Shown here: piece by piece, positions 38,002 to 54,567 of the stretch
Layout: every line of letters begins with the position of its first letter
Numbering within the stretch: the stretch's first letter is position 1
Source of the DNA: Kondoa subrosea
Lineage: Eukaryota
DNA: 64,000 bases
NCBI GenBank assembly: GCA_039545335.1
Contig: BCIN01000009.1
Span: forward strand, 434,001 to 498,000
Direction: 5' to 3'
Position numbers and translations under genes: made by a program
The notes under the pieces: model-generated
What the model was told of the DNA's origin: nothing
Database searches by the model: none
The model's input: only the letters and a program-made list of their open reading frames with translations

Positions 38002-39567
38002 TTTTATTTTCATTATACTTTCCGATCTCGATGAGAGCTTATTAAGTCCAGAGCGCTGCTGTAAGACTGGCATTATCGTAGCCGCTCTCTATAATTGCAT
38101 GTCAATAGAGTGCTGCTTGTCCAAAGTCAGATTTCGCCTTTTGCGAGCCTATGCAGAGTCGTCGATGTTCATCTCGAAGCGGAGAGACCTACTCGGGTAC
38201 CAGGGCACCTCAATGACTCTATTTGACGTTCTACTCTTGGAACGCCCTTCCGCTATGCTTCTACTTCTTGTCAGTACTGCCTCAGTTCTGTTTCTGTGCA
38301 TGTCTCTGCTTTGGAGGATAGAGTTCAATCACGTTTTTCTCGACCCTCTTTTGTTATAGCTTTCCCAAAATTCAGGACTTTTTTAGTGTTTAACACAAAA
38401 AGATCGTCAATCCTTTACTTATTTTGTACTAAAGGCCTCGTGCATTTGCTCGCGTGATAGACCTGTTATAAAAGTCTGATCTATCAACTTCCGGTGGAGA
38501 TCTAGATCTAGGCTAGACACCTTCCCGACCTAATCAAAGGGAAGAGCAGTCAGCTAAGCACGAAGCTTGAGTATATGAAATGACGTGACGAAAGGCAAAA
38601 GTGCGCAATGACGGGCGCATTAGAGTGCTCGTACGTCTAGATCTCTTCAAAAGCAAATCGGAAGAAGACGAAGAGAGCCTCATGCCATCTTGTACTTAGT
38701 AGCACCAACACATGTTCGCGAATCACAAATGAAATTGACTCGACCGGTGAAATTGTTTATCTAGCACAAGACGAATCATTGACGACATCATAAGGCTTCA
38801 CACAAGTATCACCAGCTCTACAGGTAGTAGGCAAGATAATTCTTAGATAGCAACGACAGCCTAATGAGGCATCAAGCCATCTTTTGGCAAAGCAGTACAG
38901 AATGGCTGAAGCGATGCACAAATTGAACAGCAGACAGCAGACAGTGGCAGGAATGAGAACAGGAACAACAATTTACCAGCAGCGGCAGCACCCATGCATT
39001 GCAGGCTGAGAAGACCGAAGGTGCACACAGACTACTTTCACGCTGACACTCGAAAACACATGTATGCTGCGCTCAAGCAAACAGCAGACGCATTGAATCG
39101 CGAAGAGCACGAAAGGAAGTCAGAGAGAAGAACAGGCAAGGCAAAACAATAGCACATCCAGAACTGAGGCTCTTCCGGGCGACATGAGAAGGAAAGTGAT
39201 GCGACAATTCTTCCAGGCAGACAGCATAGGACAGCTTGCAAGTGTAATCGAGGCGAAGTCTAGCTGATGCTCCATAACATCCTCGTTGGAGACCAACCTT
39301 GCCTTTCTTCTTAAACAAAGCTGAGGCCACGCATCGCGTCTGTTTGCCTCTATACCTGACATACAGTTACCCTGACCCCAAAGCTGGCCCTTCCAAGCCA
39401 AAATTGCGAGCGCAGCCGCGTCTTCAAATTTCGTTTATCGCAAATCTGGCCTGCCAAACTCTCTCTTTCTTCCTCTGTCGTTCCATTCCTAGCGTCCAGA
39501 CTGTGTACGAGAACTGATTGGCACGCGCGACACGTCCAAGCAGATTACAGCTGCTCACAAACCGCAA

Positions 39568-42500
39568 ATGCCTGAACTGGATGATGCTACTTTCACATCA
39601 GCTGCCGATCCCTGGAATGCTCAACTACTGTTGCATCCTGCAACAAAGCAGACAATTACTTCCACAACGACTACGACCACAATCAACTTTGCACCGTTTC
39701 AATTCCCTCGTATTCCGGATCCCCTGATCATCCAGAACGCTCAAGATGTTCGCTATGCACCATACCAGCAATACCATTCGTCGTCGGTCGAGAGGAGAAG
39801 GAATGGACAAGCTTTAGACCCGAAAGTCTATCCTCTGGCAGCAAGTACTTTCGATCGCTCTTTCACTCTACCTATTTCCTACGTGGAATTACGAACAGAA
39901 CCTCAGGCCGGACCCAGTTCAATACCATACAATCCACTATCACACTCTACGGACGAAGAGCAAACGAGTAATCTACCTCCAACACCTCGTTCGCACTCCA
40001 AAGTAGCTTCGCGCCGAGATGGCAATCCAGTTGAAACAGATCGGGCCAACCGCAAGCGTGTATCTGCTTCGCACAGGAGATCAAGTACAGCTGGACTGTC
40101 GTCTTCAATAGATGAAACAGGACAAGATATCCTTTCCATGCCCATCAATTATTCAACGCTAGAAGAACCTCCGCGAAAGAGACAGAAGCTGGACACGCAG
40201 CAAGATCCCGTATTACTTGATCCCAAACAATGTGTACAGCCCGTAAGTTCTATAGCGGTTAGTGCAGTATTACAGCTAAAGCCTTGCGTAGGCACATACG
40301 AATGGCGATGCTTCCTCCATCTCACATAACGGTGCTGGTTCCTTGCAATTGGCCCCTAGCCTAGAAATCGCAACTCTCTTGTCTCTCCCAAATCTCGTTA
40401 ACCAATTTCAAGACTTACCTAACGAATTGCAATCTTATGTTCTTCTTAATCTTCTTCGTCGTTCACCTATACCTGTTTTGCAATCTATACATGACGTTAT
40501 ATCACCTGCATTGAAACGCGATTTCCTAATGGATCTGCCTCCCGAACTCTCAAAACTGGTCATGACGTTCATGGGCGGTCCAGCTCTTTGTCAAGCTACC
40601 CAAGTCTGCAAGAGTTGGCATGAGCTGATCGATGGAGACGAAAAGACTTGGGAATATATCATGAAAGCGGAATGTTTGTGGAAAGGAGATGGGACGGACG
40701 AACACTCTGCTGCTGTTTACGAAGGAGCGGAACCTGAAAGACCTGAAGCTCCTTTTGTCAAGCTTTGGTATGCAGAGACTTGGGACATCGATTATGATGA
40801 AGTGACGGCTGCGCGATCTACTCAAAGCAAGTTGGAACATGCAAGACGACAATCTAAGAACCGTAAACAAACTCTTTCTTCTTCTTCTCCAGACATGCTA
40901 GCTCCAGAGCAACCCAGACTTTCTCAACCAATGTCCTTTCGAAAACGTACGACAATTTGTCGTAAGAAAGCCAGAGAAGCAGGCGAGCATTATGTTCATC
41001 CTTTCAAGCATCTGTATCGCCGTCGAGTGCTTTCGCGCCAGAAGTGGTTCGAAAGTAACCCGAGACGCTATACTTTCCGAGGCTATAGCGATTCAGCCGT
41101 TACTTGCCTGGAATTCGACCGGAATCGAATCATTGAAGCATCAGATGATCTGGTCATCAATGTCTATGATACTCATCGTGGCAAACATCTCATGAGGTTG
41201 GGTGGACACGAAGGTGGAATCTGGTCTCTGGCTTACTTTGGCGATGCTCTGATCAGCGGTTCAACGGATCGAACGATAAGAGTATGGGATCTGGTGACCG
41301 AGAAGTGCACTCATATCTTCATTGGTCATACAAGCACTGTCCGATGCTTGCAAATCGTTACTCCAGTCAATGTCAATCCAGATCTAGAAGGAGAACCAGT
41401 TTGGGAACCACCTTATCCTCTTATCATTAGCGGATCAAGAGACAACACGCTCAGGATATGGAAATTGCCAATGCCTGGTCGAGACAAAATTCACCTCCGG
41501 CATGCTTCTACGCTGCCTGAAACACATCTAGAAGATTTAGCTGAAGTCAAGACAAACCCTTACCATGTTCGATTACTCGAAGGTCACAAACATGCAGTTC
41601 GGGCGCTATCAGCTCATGGTCGAACTCTTTGTTCTGGTTCTTACGACAACACAATTCGAGTTTGGGATATCTTGAACGGCAAATGTCGTTGGGTAATGAC
41701 TGGACATGAGAACAGAGTCTATGCTGTCGCTTATGATCATCTGAAAGACCAATGCTTATCGGGCGATCAAGATGGAATCATCAAATTGTGGTCGACCCTT
41801 TCCGGCGAATGTTTGAGAAGTTTGGACGGTCACGGTCAACTGGTCGGATTGATTCACTTTAAGCCTACAAGTTATGTCAGCGCAGCAGCAGACTCGACTA
41901 TCAACGTTTGGGACCCAATTTCCGGGGATCAAATGGCAGCTTTCAAGTCTAATACGGGCTCCATCGCTTGCATTCGACATGACAGCTATAAAGTCCTCTC
42001 TGGAAGTGGTGGAACACTCAAAGTTTGGGATATCCTCAATAACAAGAATGTAAGGGATTTGATGCCTTTGGACGTTGGTTCTGTTTGGCAGGTCAACTTC
42101 GATGAGCGGTACTGCGTTGTTGCTACGAGTACTCATGGAGTCGCTCAGTATCACGGTGAGCAATGTCATTTTGAGCGCAACATTCTTGAGCTCACGATTT
42201 TTTCACAGTGCTTGACTTTGGTTCGATCGATTTCGATTCCAGTCATTCGCCTAAAGAAATGTACATGCGACCCAACAAGAGACACTCTCTAGATGGTAAC
42301 AGAAGAAGAAGGCAACATGTGGCATTCGACTTTCCTCACCCGATGGTTCAAGGGTCTCCCACTCGTCAACGTATCGAGCAAAGGCCTTTAGCTCAGCCAA
42401 TGCTTCTCACAGCCGGTCTCACTAACCCTTTCTTACCTCGTCCCTTATCACTCCAAGCTCAAACAGGTCCTTTACAAGCTTTTGCTGCATCCTTTCGATC

Positions 42501-42711
42501 AGAAGATGATGTGGACGAAACAATCTTGGCTCATGAACCAATGCATGTACAAGACCGCCTACTCGCTCAACGACCTTCTACTTCCAGACACTATGTAGCA
42601 CCGACGTCAGCGCAGCCAGAAGGTGAAGCAGCCGCTGAATGGCAAGAGTTGCAGGAGATGCTCGAAACAGCCGACACAGATGATGAGCAGTCTAGCGGAT
42701 CTGTAGAATAG
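39568..42711 (+). CDS. CDC4: F-box/WD40 SCF substrate receptor Cdc4/Fbw7
   Basis: D-domain, F-box DFLMDLPPELSKLVM…VCKSW, WD repeats GHEGGIWSL…SGSTDRTIRVWD, GHTSTVRCL, SGSRDNTLRIW, GHKHAVRAL…SGSYDNTIRVWD. Introns 40243-40291 and 42156-42208. Confidence 0.9.
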
Positions 42712-42851
42712 CAATGCACTATATACTGTAGTCTTGCTTGTTGCCCAATGTCTCTTATAGCCTTACAAGTGACCGGAAAAATCCGCCGGGTCGCTGGCTC
42801 GCCTTGCTGAAGGGAAGGTTTTTGAGACGACCTTCTCTCGCAAAGCTCATT

Positions 42852-45462
<2,611 letters not shown>

Positions 45463-46100
45463 AATCAGTAGTATTAGTCTGTCGATTAAAAAGGCTTATA
45501 GCATAGCACGCATTGCTCGACTTTGTGTCCTCTTGTGTCTTTCTCTACGTCCTGAACACATTGCAATGGAAGTCAGATTACGTAAACTTCTCTAGCACCT
45601 TTCTCTCATCTCTGGCATGCTTTTCTTCTGCCACAACCTTATGCTTACTTCCCGTCTTGCGATGCATTGCTTCTTCTGCTATTACACTTGTAGTCTTCCG
45701 CAACGTGCTTTCTGTTTTTCGCCGATATCTTTTTTCTTGACTTTATGCGCTGCCTATACTGGTCGCAGAAATTATGCGGCGCTCTATGGGCTCATTGCTC
45801 TTCCGTATGGCACAAATACCGCCGTTATTGATCGGACAGGCATAGTTTGAGTTGCAACCTCGCAGGGCGTCTATCGTCTTCGGGCGTGTTACAAGCCGAT
45901 CTGTCACCTTGATCTATTGCAATGGCGTCAATTTGATCAGATTACAAGCTTATCTCAGGCAACATAAATCTCCCTTTGTACCTCGAGGGAAAGTGGAGAA
46001 AGCTAGCTCTAGCTTCTTGATCTCCGCTTTCTTCTCCTGTTCCTTCTCCTCTCCTAACTTCGAACGATCATATAACCTAATACTGTATTGCACGGAAGAA

Positions 46101-46345
46101 ATGGCAAATCGGATTCAAATGCTCAGAATGAACTTTCTTGGTCGGTCTGAAATCTTCAGCAATCATAGGCCTTGCTGACATTTCGAATAGCATGTCGTAC
46201 TAAGAGAACTGTACTACGATCTCTTCCTAAGAAGATCATTACTGCCGAAAACATTCTTCCTCCTCGACCTTATGCCAAGTTTCCGACGCAGCATCTGGCG
46301 CGCGAAATAACCGGACCTAAGTCACTAAAGGATAGGCTCTGTTGA
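46101..46345 (+). CDS. Small basic hypothetical protein (~64 aa; 5' end uncertain)
   Basis: MANRIQMLRMNFL joined through intron 46141-46190 (GTCGGT…GCTGAC…AATAG) to ACRTKRTVLRSLPKKIITAENILPPRPYAKFPTQHLAREITGPKSLKDRLC. Confidence 0.35.
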
Positions 46346-47152
46346 GGTAGGTCTGCTCACTCTTATGCACTCAAAAGTTCGTTTATCAATTGTTAGGCAG
46401 CTACGTCGGACGCTGCTCTGATGTTTGTACAATGCGTTGTTGCATTTGTTAGCTGAACTCTCCATGTATATGTATTTCGTACATCATTACTGTACCTAGC
46501 ATGTCTGCAATACCTTAATGATCTGCCATAATTCAGAGTATATCTGTCGCGGTTGTGACGATTCATCTAGGCAGTCCACTCATTCCTTCTTGCGCTTACT
46601 TTGGCTTGAAGTACTGCTGTTCTAGCCTGCTTGATTCGTTTCGACTCTACATTCTAGTCCGAACCAGTTCATGGTCTGACACACTTTGCAACTGCGGAGA
46701 CTGAGGGATGCTTCGTCAAAGAATAGATCGAGGTACGCTCAAAATTGATTTGTCAAACGTGCGGAAGTAGATTGCCATTAGCCAGCTACTACTCATAGAA
46801 TTTCTCTTGGCAGATCTCAAGATTCACTTGTAACACTCGTTCACCGGAAGGATATGGACAGAATAAGAAGAATAAGAAGACATGGCAAACAAAAAAGCTT
46901 CCTCTGACAGGGATAGTTCGGTAGCAAGAGCAATATTGGACATGAGTAGATATTTAAGCAAACAGAAGAGATCATTGCGAAGGAAAACCTGAAACCGAGA
47001 TGAGTATGGACGCGCAACTCACAACAGGGTAGCGACTGTAAATGCAGAGATAGAATTAGCCTACACGACAAGTTGGTGAAGTTGCTCGCCAAGCTGCCTT
47101 CTTATTTTCATTTAGCGACCAATGCTGTGACATCCGCCTGAGCTACATACCA

Positions 47153-50100
47153 ATGCCTTCTGATACCACTCCACGAGATGGACCAAAGGATTCAAGCGAA
47201 GGAGGATGGGCCGCTGTCCGCGCATGGGTTTCAGAGCGAGCAGAGCTACATTCATCGAAGCGTCCTTCATCCATCTTGTCTCCTGCTGCACCTTATTCTA
47301 GCGAACCTGGAGAGATTGAAGGGCGAACAGCGAAAGAGGAAGACTGGCTGTCAAGCGATGACGAGTCTGATGAGCATACCGATGATGAGCATGAAGTTAG
47401 GGGACGGTCTAGATCTAGATCTAGGAGCAAGAGCAAAGCGTCAGAATCTACTACTCTGTTGCCTAAACCTCACCAACCAAGTATCTTTGAACGATTCCGC
47501 GACTTCCAGCTCACATCTATTCAGAAGAGCGTTCTCAAATGCGCAGTTGCCTATCTGCTGGCTACCCTATTTACATTTGTACCGAAGCTCTCAGCCATTG
47601 TTGGCTCGCCCTTTGTAAGCGACAGCGTACAAGTCTTCGACATATAAGCTCACGTGCAGAGGTCTAGGGCAAGGATGGACCTGTTTCCAACGCACATTTC
47701 ATAGCTACTATATCCACGTATTAGTATGCTGAGAGTTTCTTTGCGCAACTTCACCATTTTCTTACCTCTATATACTTCCAGTAATCCAGCCAAATCAATC
47801 GGCTCAATGCTGGAAGCGAATATGTTCATGTTTGTTTGCCTCTTTTATTCAGTACAATATCTAACATAGCGCAATGTAGGCTGTGGGGCTTGCTGTTTAG
47901 CTCAACTGTCTGCTTTGGCAGCATGTAAGTCGCGTGTGGAAACACACTGTAGATGTGTTCTAATTCATCTGTCTTAGGGCAACAGCCGTCCTGCTCGATA
48001 ATGGCGGGCACAGAAATATAGGGCATGCTTTAGTCCTGGGCTTTTGGTTGACAGGAGCAAGCGGCTTAATAGCTTACTTGAAGCTTCGGTCAGTGACATC
48101 GTCGAGTACTTCCAGCATCATTATCAATACTACGCTACAGCGTTGGAAAAGCTACTTTCGGAAGCGCTTGCTCCATGACAGCTCTTATCATCTCCGTCAT
48201 TGTCTGTGTCAGTCACTGTCTTTCCAGTCTGATTGAAAAGGCCTAACATCATGATCTTACCAGAAAGAAGGCGCTATACATCTCGGAAGATTCGAGATGG
48301 ATGCTATTCTTCAAATGATCTTCATCGTCTTCATTGGTATCCTGATCTCAAATGTCGTCTGCTTCACTTTATGGCGAGGTAGCGCTACCGCCAAGCTTCA
48401 AGGAGATATCAATAAGACTCTCGACTCGTTTGCTACGCTCATCACTATGTTATCAAAGACTTTCTTGCTGGAAGAAGATGCAGCGACTTCTGTTGATCGA
48501 CTAAAGAAAGCTATCACTGCACACGAAGACTCATTTTCTGGTCTGAAGACTAGTTTGACTGATGCGAAATTAGAACTGCTTGATCCGCGCATACAACGCT
48601 CAGCTAACGAGTACGATGCTATTGTCAAATCAATGACTCGCCTCGCTCAGAATTTGACCGGTCTCCGTTCTGGATGCACCTTGCAGAATGACATTCTGAA
48701 ATCCAGAAGAAGGCGACGCTTCGCTTCTTCCAATGGCGATCCTTCATCTGCTCCGCCTGTCTCGATAGAAGGCATTCTGTCACCAATGCGAGATCCAAAA
48801 ACAGACCGAAGCGTCTCACCTCATGTAGTCGATATACTTGATCCGGCCGAAGAGTCAATAATCGTCTTTGAGCAATTCAAGAAAAGTTGTGGTCAAGCTA
48901 TGAAACATCTTACCAACACTGCTCGAAACACTTTGAAAGAGCTTAGAACTTCTTTCATACATTCTAGAGCTGGAGAACAATCTTTTCATTCTCAAGGGCA
49001 TCGACCGGAAAGTTATGGGAATGAAACTGCTCAAGCTACAAAGCTTCGTCATATTCGAGAAGACCTTAAATCCGCATTGGCCGACTTTAACCTCTCACAT
49101 AGTCGAGCACTGAAACGCTTGTACCGGCATTATCCTACTCAAGATAAGCCTGATCCCCAAAGAGGAGAAACGGTCTTGGAAGAAAGCCACAAACCTGCTT
49201 TGGACTCTAAGCCAAACGAAGCTGTCTTTACCATCTACTTGTGAGCTCAAAGCCATCTCCTTTATTGGTTATTTGACGTATCTACAGCTTCCTCTTTGCC
49301 TTCGAAGAATTTGTTAGAGAATTGGATCAGCTCGTCGAACCTTTCATTGTTGTTCGAAATGAAGAGGAATTCTTAGAAGCGCGAAAGACTTCGCTACAGA
49401 ACCGATTCGGGACTTTTGTTGGCTGGATTTGCTATCTTTTCACTCCGCAAGACGCATCAGACAAATCTCGTTGGGCAGTATTGCGCGATCGCTGGCAAGC
49501 TCTCTTTCCTAAACCTGGCGCTAAATCACCTTTTCCCGAATTCGTCATGACGGAAGAAACCGTGCAACACCGAAGAACAGAAGGAAGAGGAATACTTGCA
49601 GCTATTCAATTCAAATTATGGCAAGCTGGAAGTTTTCTCCGATCTGATGAAGTCAAGTTTGCGATCAAGACTGGGGTCGGCGCAGGATTACTTGGTCTAC
49701 CTGCTTTCATTGATTCGACCAGACCTTTCTGGAAGAAATATAGAGGCGAATGGGCGATGATCAGTTACATGGTCGTCGCAGCTTTACAAAGTGGTCAATC
49801 CAATTTCAACGCCTTCTTTCGTATAGGAGGGACTGTCTTGGGTGCTCTCGCCGCTTTGTTGATCTATCACGTCTTCTATGAACGACCTGTCGAATTGGCT
49901 ATGGCCGGATTTCTCTTCTCCCTGCCGAATTTCTACCTGATCGTGGCTAAGCCGTAGACCACACCTTCTTCCAGATCGTTGAATATTGCTAATGCACCTG
50001 GTCTTGACAGATCTTATGCTACCACTGGAAGGTTCATATTGCTCTCGTACAATCTGACAGCACTGTACTCCTAGTAAGGCTTCATACGACCGGGTAGGAC

Positions 50101-51358
50101 ACTGCTGACCAATTTCGCATAGCAATCGAAGAGAACAAGATCTAGCCATTAGTCTTGTAGCCTTCGAAAGATCGCTGGCAGTCACAGTCGGAACGCTTTG
50201 GGCATGGTTCATTTCCACCTGCAGTAAGTTCGTTCCTGCGCCGTCGGTCCTCGAGCTGACTCTTTCTGGTCAGTCTGGCCTATTGAAGCTCGCGTGCAGA
50301 TGAGGAAAAGCTTGTCCAGGTAAACGTTATTCGAAGTTGGTCGGACCCCATGCTGAAACTTCGCGCAGCGTCTTTCTCAAATCCGCTTACCTCTATGAAC
50401 GTCTCGTCACTCTCTATTCTGCTCCTCCTGTTGCTTTTGTACCCGTGCAAGCGGATTCAGCGAAACAAAATGGCAACATGAATGGCTCTGTATTTAGTCT
50501 TGAAGGTCAAAAAGTCATGCGCAATACTGTCTCGGAATTCTCTGCGATGGAACTACACATCCAACAAGAATTGATCAAAGTCGGTAAATAATCATCTTAT
50601 CGAAACGCGAGCTGAAATGTGATCTTAGATGAATGGTCTTCTTTCGCAAACTGAACTTGAACCTCGCTTGAAAGGTCCTTTCCCGACAGACAAGTACCGC
50701 GAGATTCTTCAAGCCAGTCAGAATATCCTTGATCAGTTACATGCTATCCGAACTGTAACAACTCGGCAAGATTGGTTCGGAGATGTGCGGCGTGATTTCA
50801 TTTTGCCAGTTCAACAGTTCAGGAGAGAGTCAGTCCATCTCTTCATATCTCCAAAAGATGACGGAACTAAATGCTGTTCATCACAGAATGGTTGGCAATA
50901 TTCTCCTATATTTTACGATGTTATCGACAGTCATCTCAATCAAAGCTCCCTTACCACCATACTTACCACCTGCAGCTGAAGCTAGACGAAGATTGGTAGA
51001 AGCTATAAGAGAACTAGACGTCGTTAAAAGAAGAGCTGTTCGAGGATCATCGACTTATCTGCTTTACTTCGCTTACTCTTTAGCCATGCTCAACATTGTT
51101 TCTCAATTGGATGTTATTGGGAAGCTGGTGCAGGACTTATATGGAGTTGTTGGTGGCTATTCGAGCATCTCTTCATTCGAAGGCAAGCTGTTACTTTTTC
51201 AATTGGTGTTCCTATTGTCTGATGTACCGTTCATAGCTCTCTTCGATGATACGAGTCTATACGATCAGATTCGTAGATCAAGAGAACCTAGCAAAGTGAA
51301 TGTCCGGGGAAGCGAAAGTGAAGATTCCGATTCTGATGAAGAACGAGGTCGTCATTGA
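47153..51358 (+). CDS. FUSC/aromatic acid exporter (ArAE)-like multi-pass membrane protein
   Basis: KSVLKCAVAYLLA, YYNPAKSIGSMLEA, VKFAIKTGVG, RGEWAMISY, RIGGTVLG, WPIEAR, EPRLKGPFP, KAPLPPYLP. About 14 introns. Confidence 0.8.
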
Positions 51359-51498
51359 GGCATTGTTGTGAGACGAGCATTAGAGATACCCTGTATAGTA
51401 TACAAGAAGCATTGCATTGATCTTTCATACTTCGCACATTCGCATTGACCACGCCAAATCAATGCTTGACCTGTAACACTCCTGCCTATTATACCAAA

Positions 51499-53056
51499 AT
51501 GGCTGCAGCTGTAGCAGAATCTACACGTCTTAACAGCTAGTACGTGATGCTTCACTTCCCAGTAAGCGCTCGCTAACACATCCATCCTGTTTCTCGATAG
51601 TGTTGGATTCGATAGGTCGGCTGCCTGGTGCTCTAGCTCGTTTGCATGCTAACACCCGAAGTTCTCGACAGTCTGCCCAAACAGATAGAACACAAGCTCC
51701 TCAAGCGAGGTTTCTCTGTACGTCCATATTTGCTAGGAGGTCGAAGCGCGCTCTTATGCTAAGTCTCTGCCTCATCAGTTCAATGTGATGGTCGTCGGTC
51801 AGTGATGGAGATGCAGTAGGACCTTCTTGGTCTTATATTCGCTTCAAATCCATGATGACAGGTCAAACGGGCTTGGGCAAATCAACCTTGATCAACACAA
51901 TCTTTGCTGCTCATCTTATCGAAACAAAGGGTCGCTTCGAAGCTAACGAACCTATTCGACAAACGACAGAGATCAAAGCTGATTCACATAGTGCGTGAGG
52001 AAAGCTATAACTTGTCGATATGCGACTAAGGAGAGCCAATTGCGTACAGTCATTCAAGAGAACAACGTTAAATTGCGTCTCAATATCGTTGATACACCTG
52101 GTTATGGTGATCTGGTAAATAACGAGAACTGGTGCGTCCTGGTCGAAATTGCTTTTAGGAGCATATATCGAGCCCAGGCTTCACAGCTGGGATACCATTA
52201 TCAAATACATCAAAGATCAACACTCTGCTTTCCTACGTAAAGAACTTACAGCACTGCGGGACAAGAACATCCAAGACACGCGTATTCACTGCTGCTTGTA
52301 CTTCATTGCTCCAGGAGGTCATTCACTCAAACCAATCGATATCATTGTTATGAAGAAACTCTCAGAAGTAGTCAATGTGGTTCCTGTTATTGCGAAAAGT
52401 GATTCCTTGACTTTGGAAGAGCGAGCGCTTTTCAAAGATAGGGTGAGCGAGAAGATTGCAATTTGCTCATTTGTAGCTGAAGGCCATTTCCTCGCGACAG
52501 ATCCGTGCTGAATTGCAACATCATTCTATCCGCGTCTATCCCTTTGACACGGAAGATGCGGATCCAGAAGAAATTCAGCTCAACGCAGCAATAAGGGTGA
52601 GATCCGCTGGTCTCTTTCAGCTTCTAAGCTGATTTGACACTTCGTCGATGTCACAGAATATGATTCCTTTCGCTGTTGTTGGTTCAGAAAGAAACGTCAT
52701 CATCGACGGTCGACCAGTTCGAGGTCGAAAGAATCGATGGGGTGTTATCAATGTTGAGAACGAGCAGCATTGCGAGTTCAACTACTTGAGAAACTTCTTG
52801 ACTAGGTTCGTGTTGAGTTGTTATTATTCAGTATTGTTGCTGATAGGAGCAACGGTACGAATAGAACTCATCTACAAGATTTGATCGAGGTGAGGATGTC
52901 GAGACTGGTTTCCGAGTGCAAACTGATACCAACCTTCGGGGGTTCTCACAGACAACTGCTCAAATTCACTATGAAGCTTTCCGTTCCAAGCAATTACTGG
53001 CGCTCAAAGAATCTTCAGCAGCAAACAAGCAGCAACCTCAGTCGAATGGTATCTAA
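51499..53056 (+). CDS. CDC10: Septin, Cdc10/AspD group (no C-terminal coiled coil)
   Basis: [96 protein letters not shown]. Confidence 0.92.
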
Positions 53057-53462
53057 TCTAATAAGCGAGACGTAGGAAGGGAAAGGGAAGAGGTTGAAGG
53101 GGGTTCTTTATCGTATTCTTTAGTATTTTTTTCGTTGATGCATTGAGATACCTTTTGTTTCGATCTAAACGTCACTAGCGTCTTGGCAATCCACTCTGCA
53201 AGCACTATGTATCCATTACTGTATACTCCTGCATAGAGTTCGCAAGCCAGCTTGCTTTTTTATATTCTTCTAACAATTTTATATGCTCAATTCTGTTAGC
53301 AATTGTTGTCTGCTATCATCGTGAGCGCAGCAACTGACATGTGAGATGATGAACTGACATTTGTTTGCTTGCTGTACGTTTGTATTTTGCATCTCGATCC
53401 AGTTCGCGCTGAAGATCCGCCAGCGATCTAAGACTATACTCAGTCTTGCTCAATAGCAGCTC

Positions 53463-54277
53463 TTAGAGGACTGACGATTGTGCAAGATAAATTAATCTCT
53501 GAAGCTCTGCTGCGCTGATCAAGTTGGTTTCAGATCTATTATACGTTGAAATCAGTTCTGCAAGAGAGAGCGAGACCTCAAGGGCATACCGCTCAGCAGA
53601 TCTCATGGACCTGGACTGGAGCCAGGCGATCTTGAGCCCTTTCAAGGCTCTTCCACTGATGAGATAATGATCTACTGCATCCAGGAACGCGTTTTGCAAG
53701 AATGGATCCCGGTCGATCTTGAGTAACTGCACAGAGCGATTAATGTTAATGCCCTCATCGAGGAAGTTTCACACACTTTCTCATTGTCCTGCCGAAGGAG
53801 TCTCATCTGTCGTTCCACCTGCAACCAATCTTCCTCTAACCTGTCATGCACCCACTGTTGTCCAGCTTTCCTCTTGCAGGATGAGCCTGTTTTAGGAGAT
53901 AGTCTTAACGGTGCCACGGTAGGTTCTACAACGAAAGAGCTGGATTGGGAGTAAGATCTGAGTCGAACGAAAGAAATCCGATCGTTTCTTTTTCTTGTTG
54001 AAGGAGCGAATGGATCATCCTCATCCTCTTCATCTTGTAATTCTTCTACTTCGTCTTTCTCCTTACTCTTGTCTTTCAAAGATGTAGTAGAAGTAGAAGA
54101 TCGAGCAGAGATAGGCCAAGCGGTTAAATAAGTCGTTCGAGGGCAAGTGAAATCCGAATCTGAGTAGTCTGATTCATCGTCCGATGCGAGGAAATGAATG
54201 ATTGGTCTTGATCTCATTGAAGGTGAGGCAATGAGGTTGCGTTTGGATAGTTTACGCGGGAGAGTCCTACGAGACAT
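53463..54277 (-). CDS. Hypothetical protein (2 exons)
   Basis: MSRRTLPRKLSKRN… ORF joined in frame to LLKIDRDPFLQNAFLDAVDHY… through one GT-AG intron near 53727-53776. No domain recognised. Confidence 0.55.
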
Positions 54278-54567
54278 TTTGGTAAAATATGAAGAAGTCT
54301 GGATTGAAAAGAGCAGCAAGAGAAAGAGCGGTCAGATGATTGCTATATACGATACAGGAATGAAAGGAAAGAGGTAAAGAAGTGACATTCGGACTCAGAC
54401 GCTCGAGAAAGCGCGAATCCAGGAAGAAAACGAACGCGCGTTCGTAAAAGACTCATGATGCGCTATTCAGGGCAAAGAATGAACATGGAATAGAGCTGAA
54501 GAACCTCGGTTTCATGCAACTTGGCTGTTCAAGATCAAGGTGCCTGTTTTGACTTGGGACGACCGAC

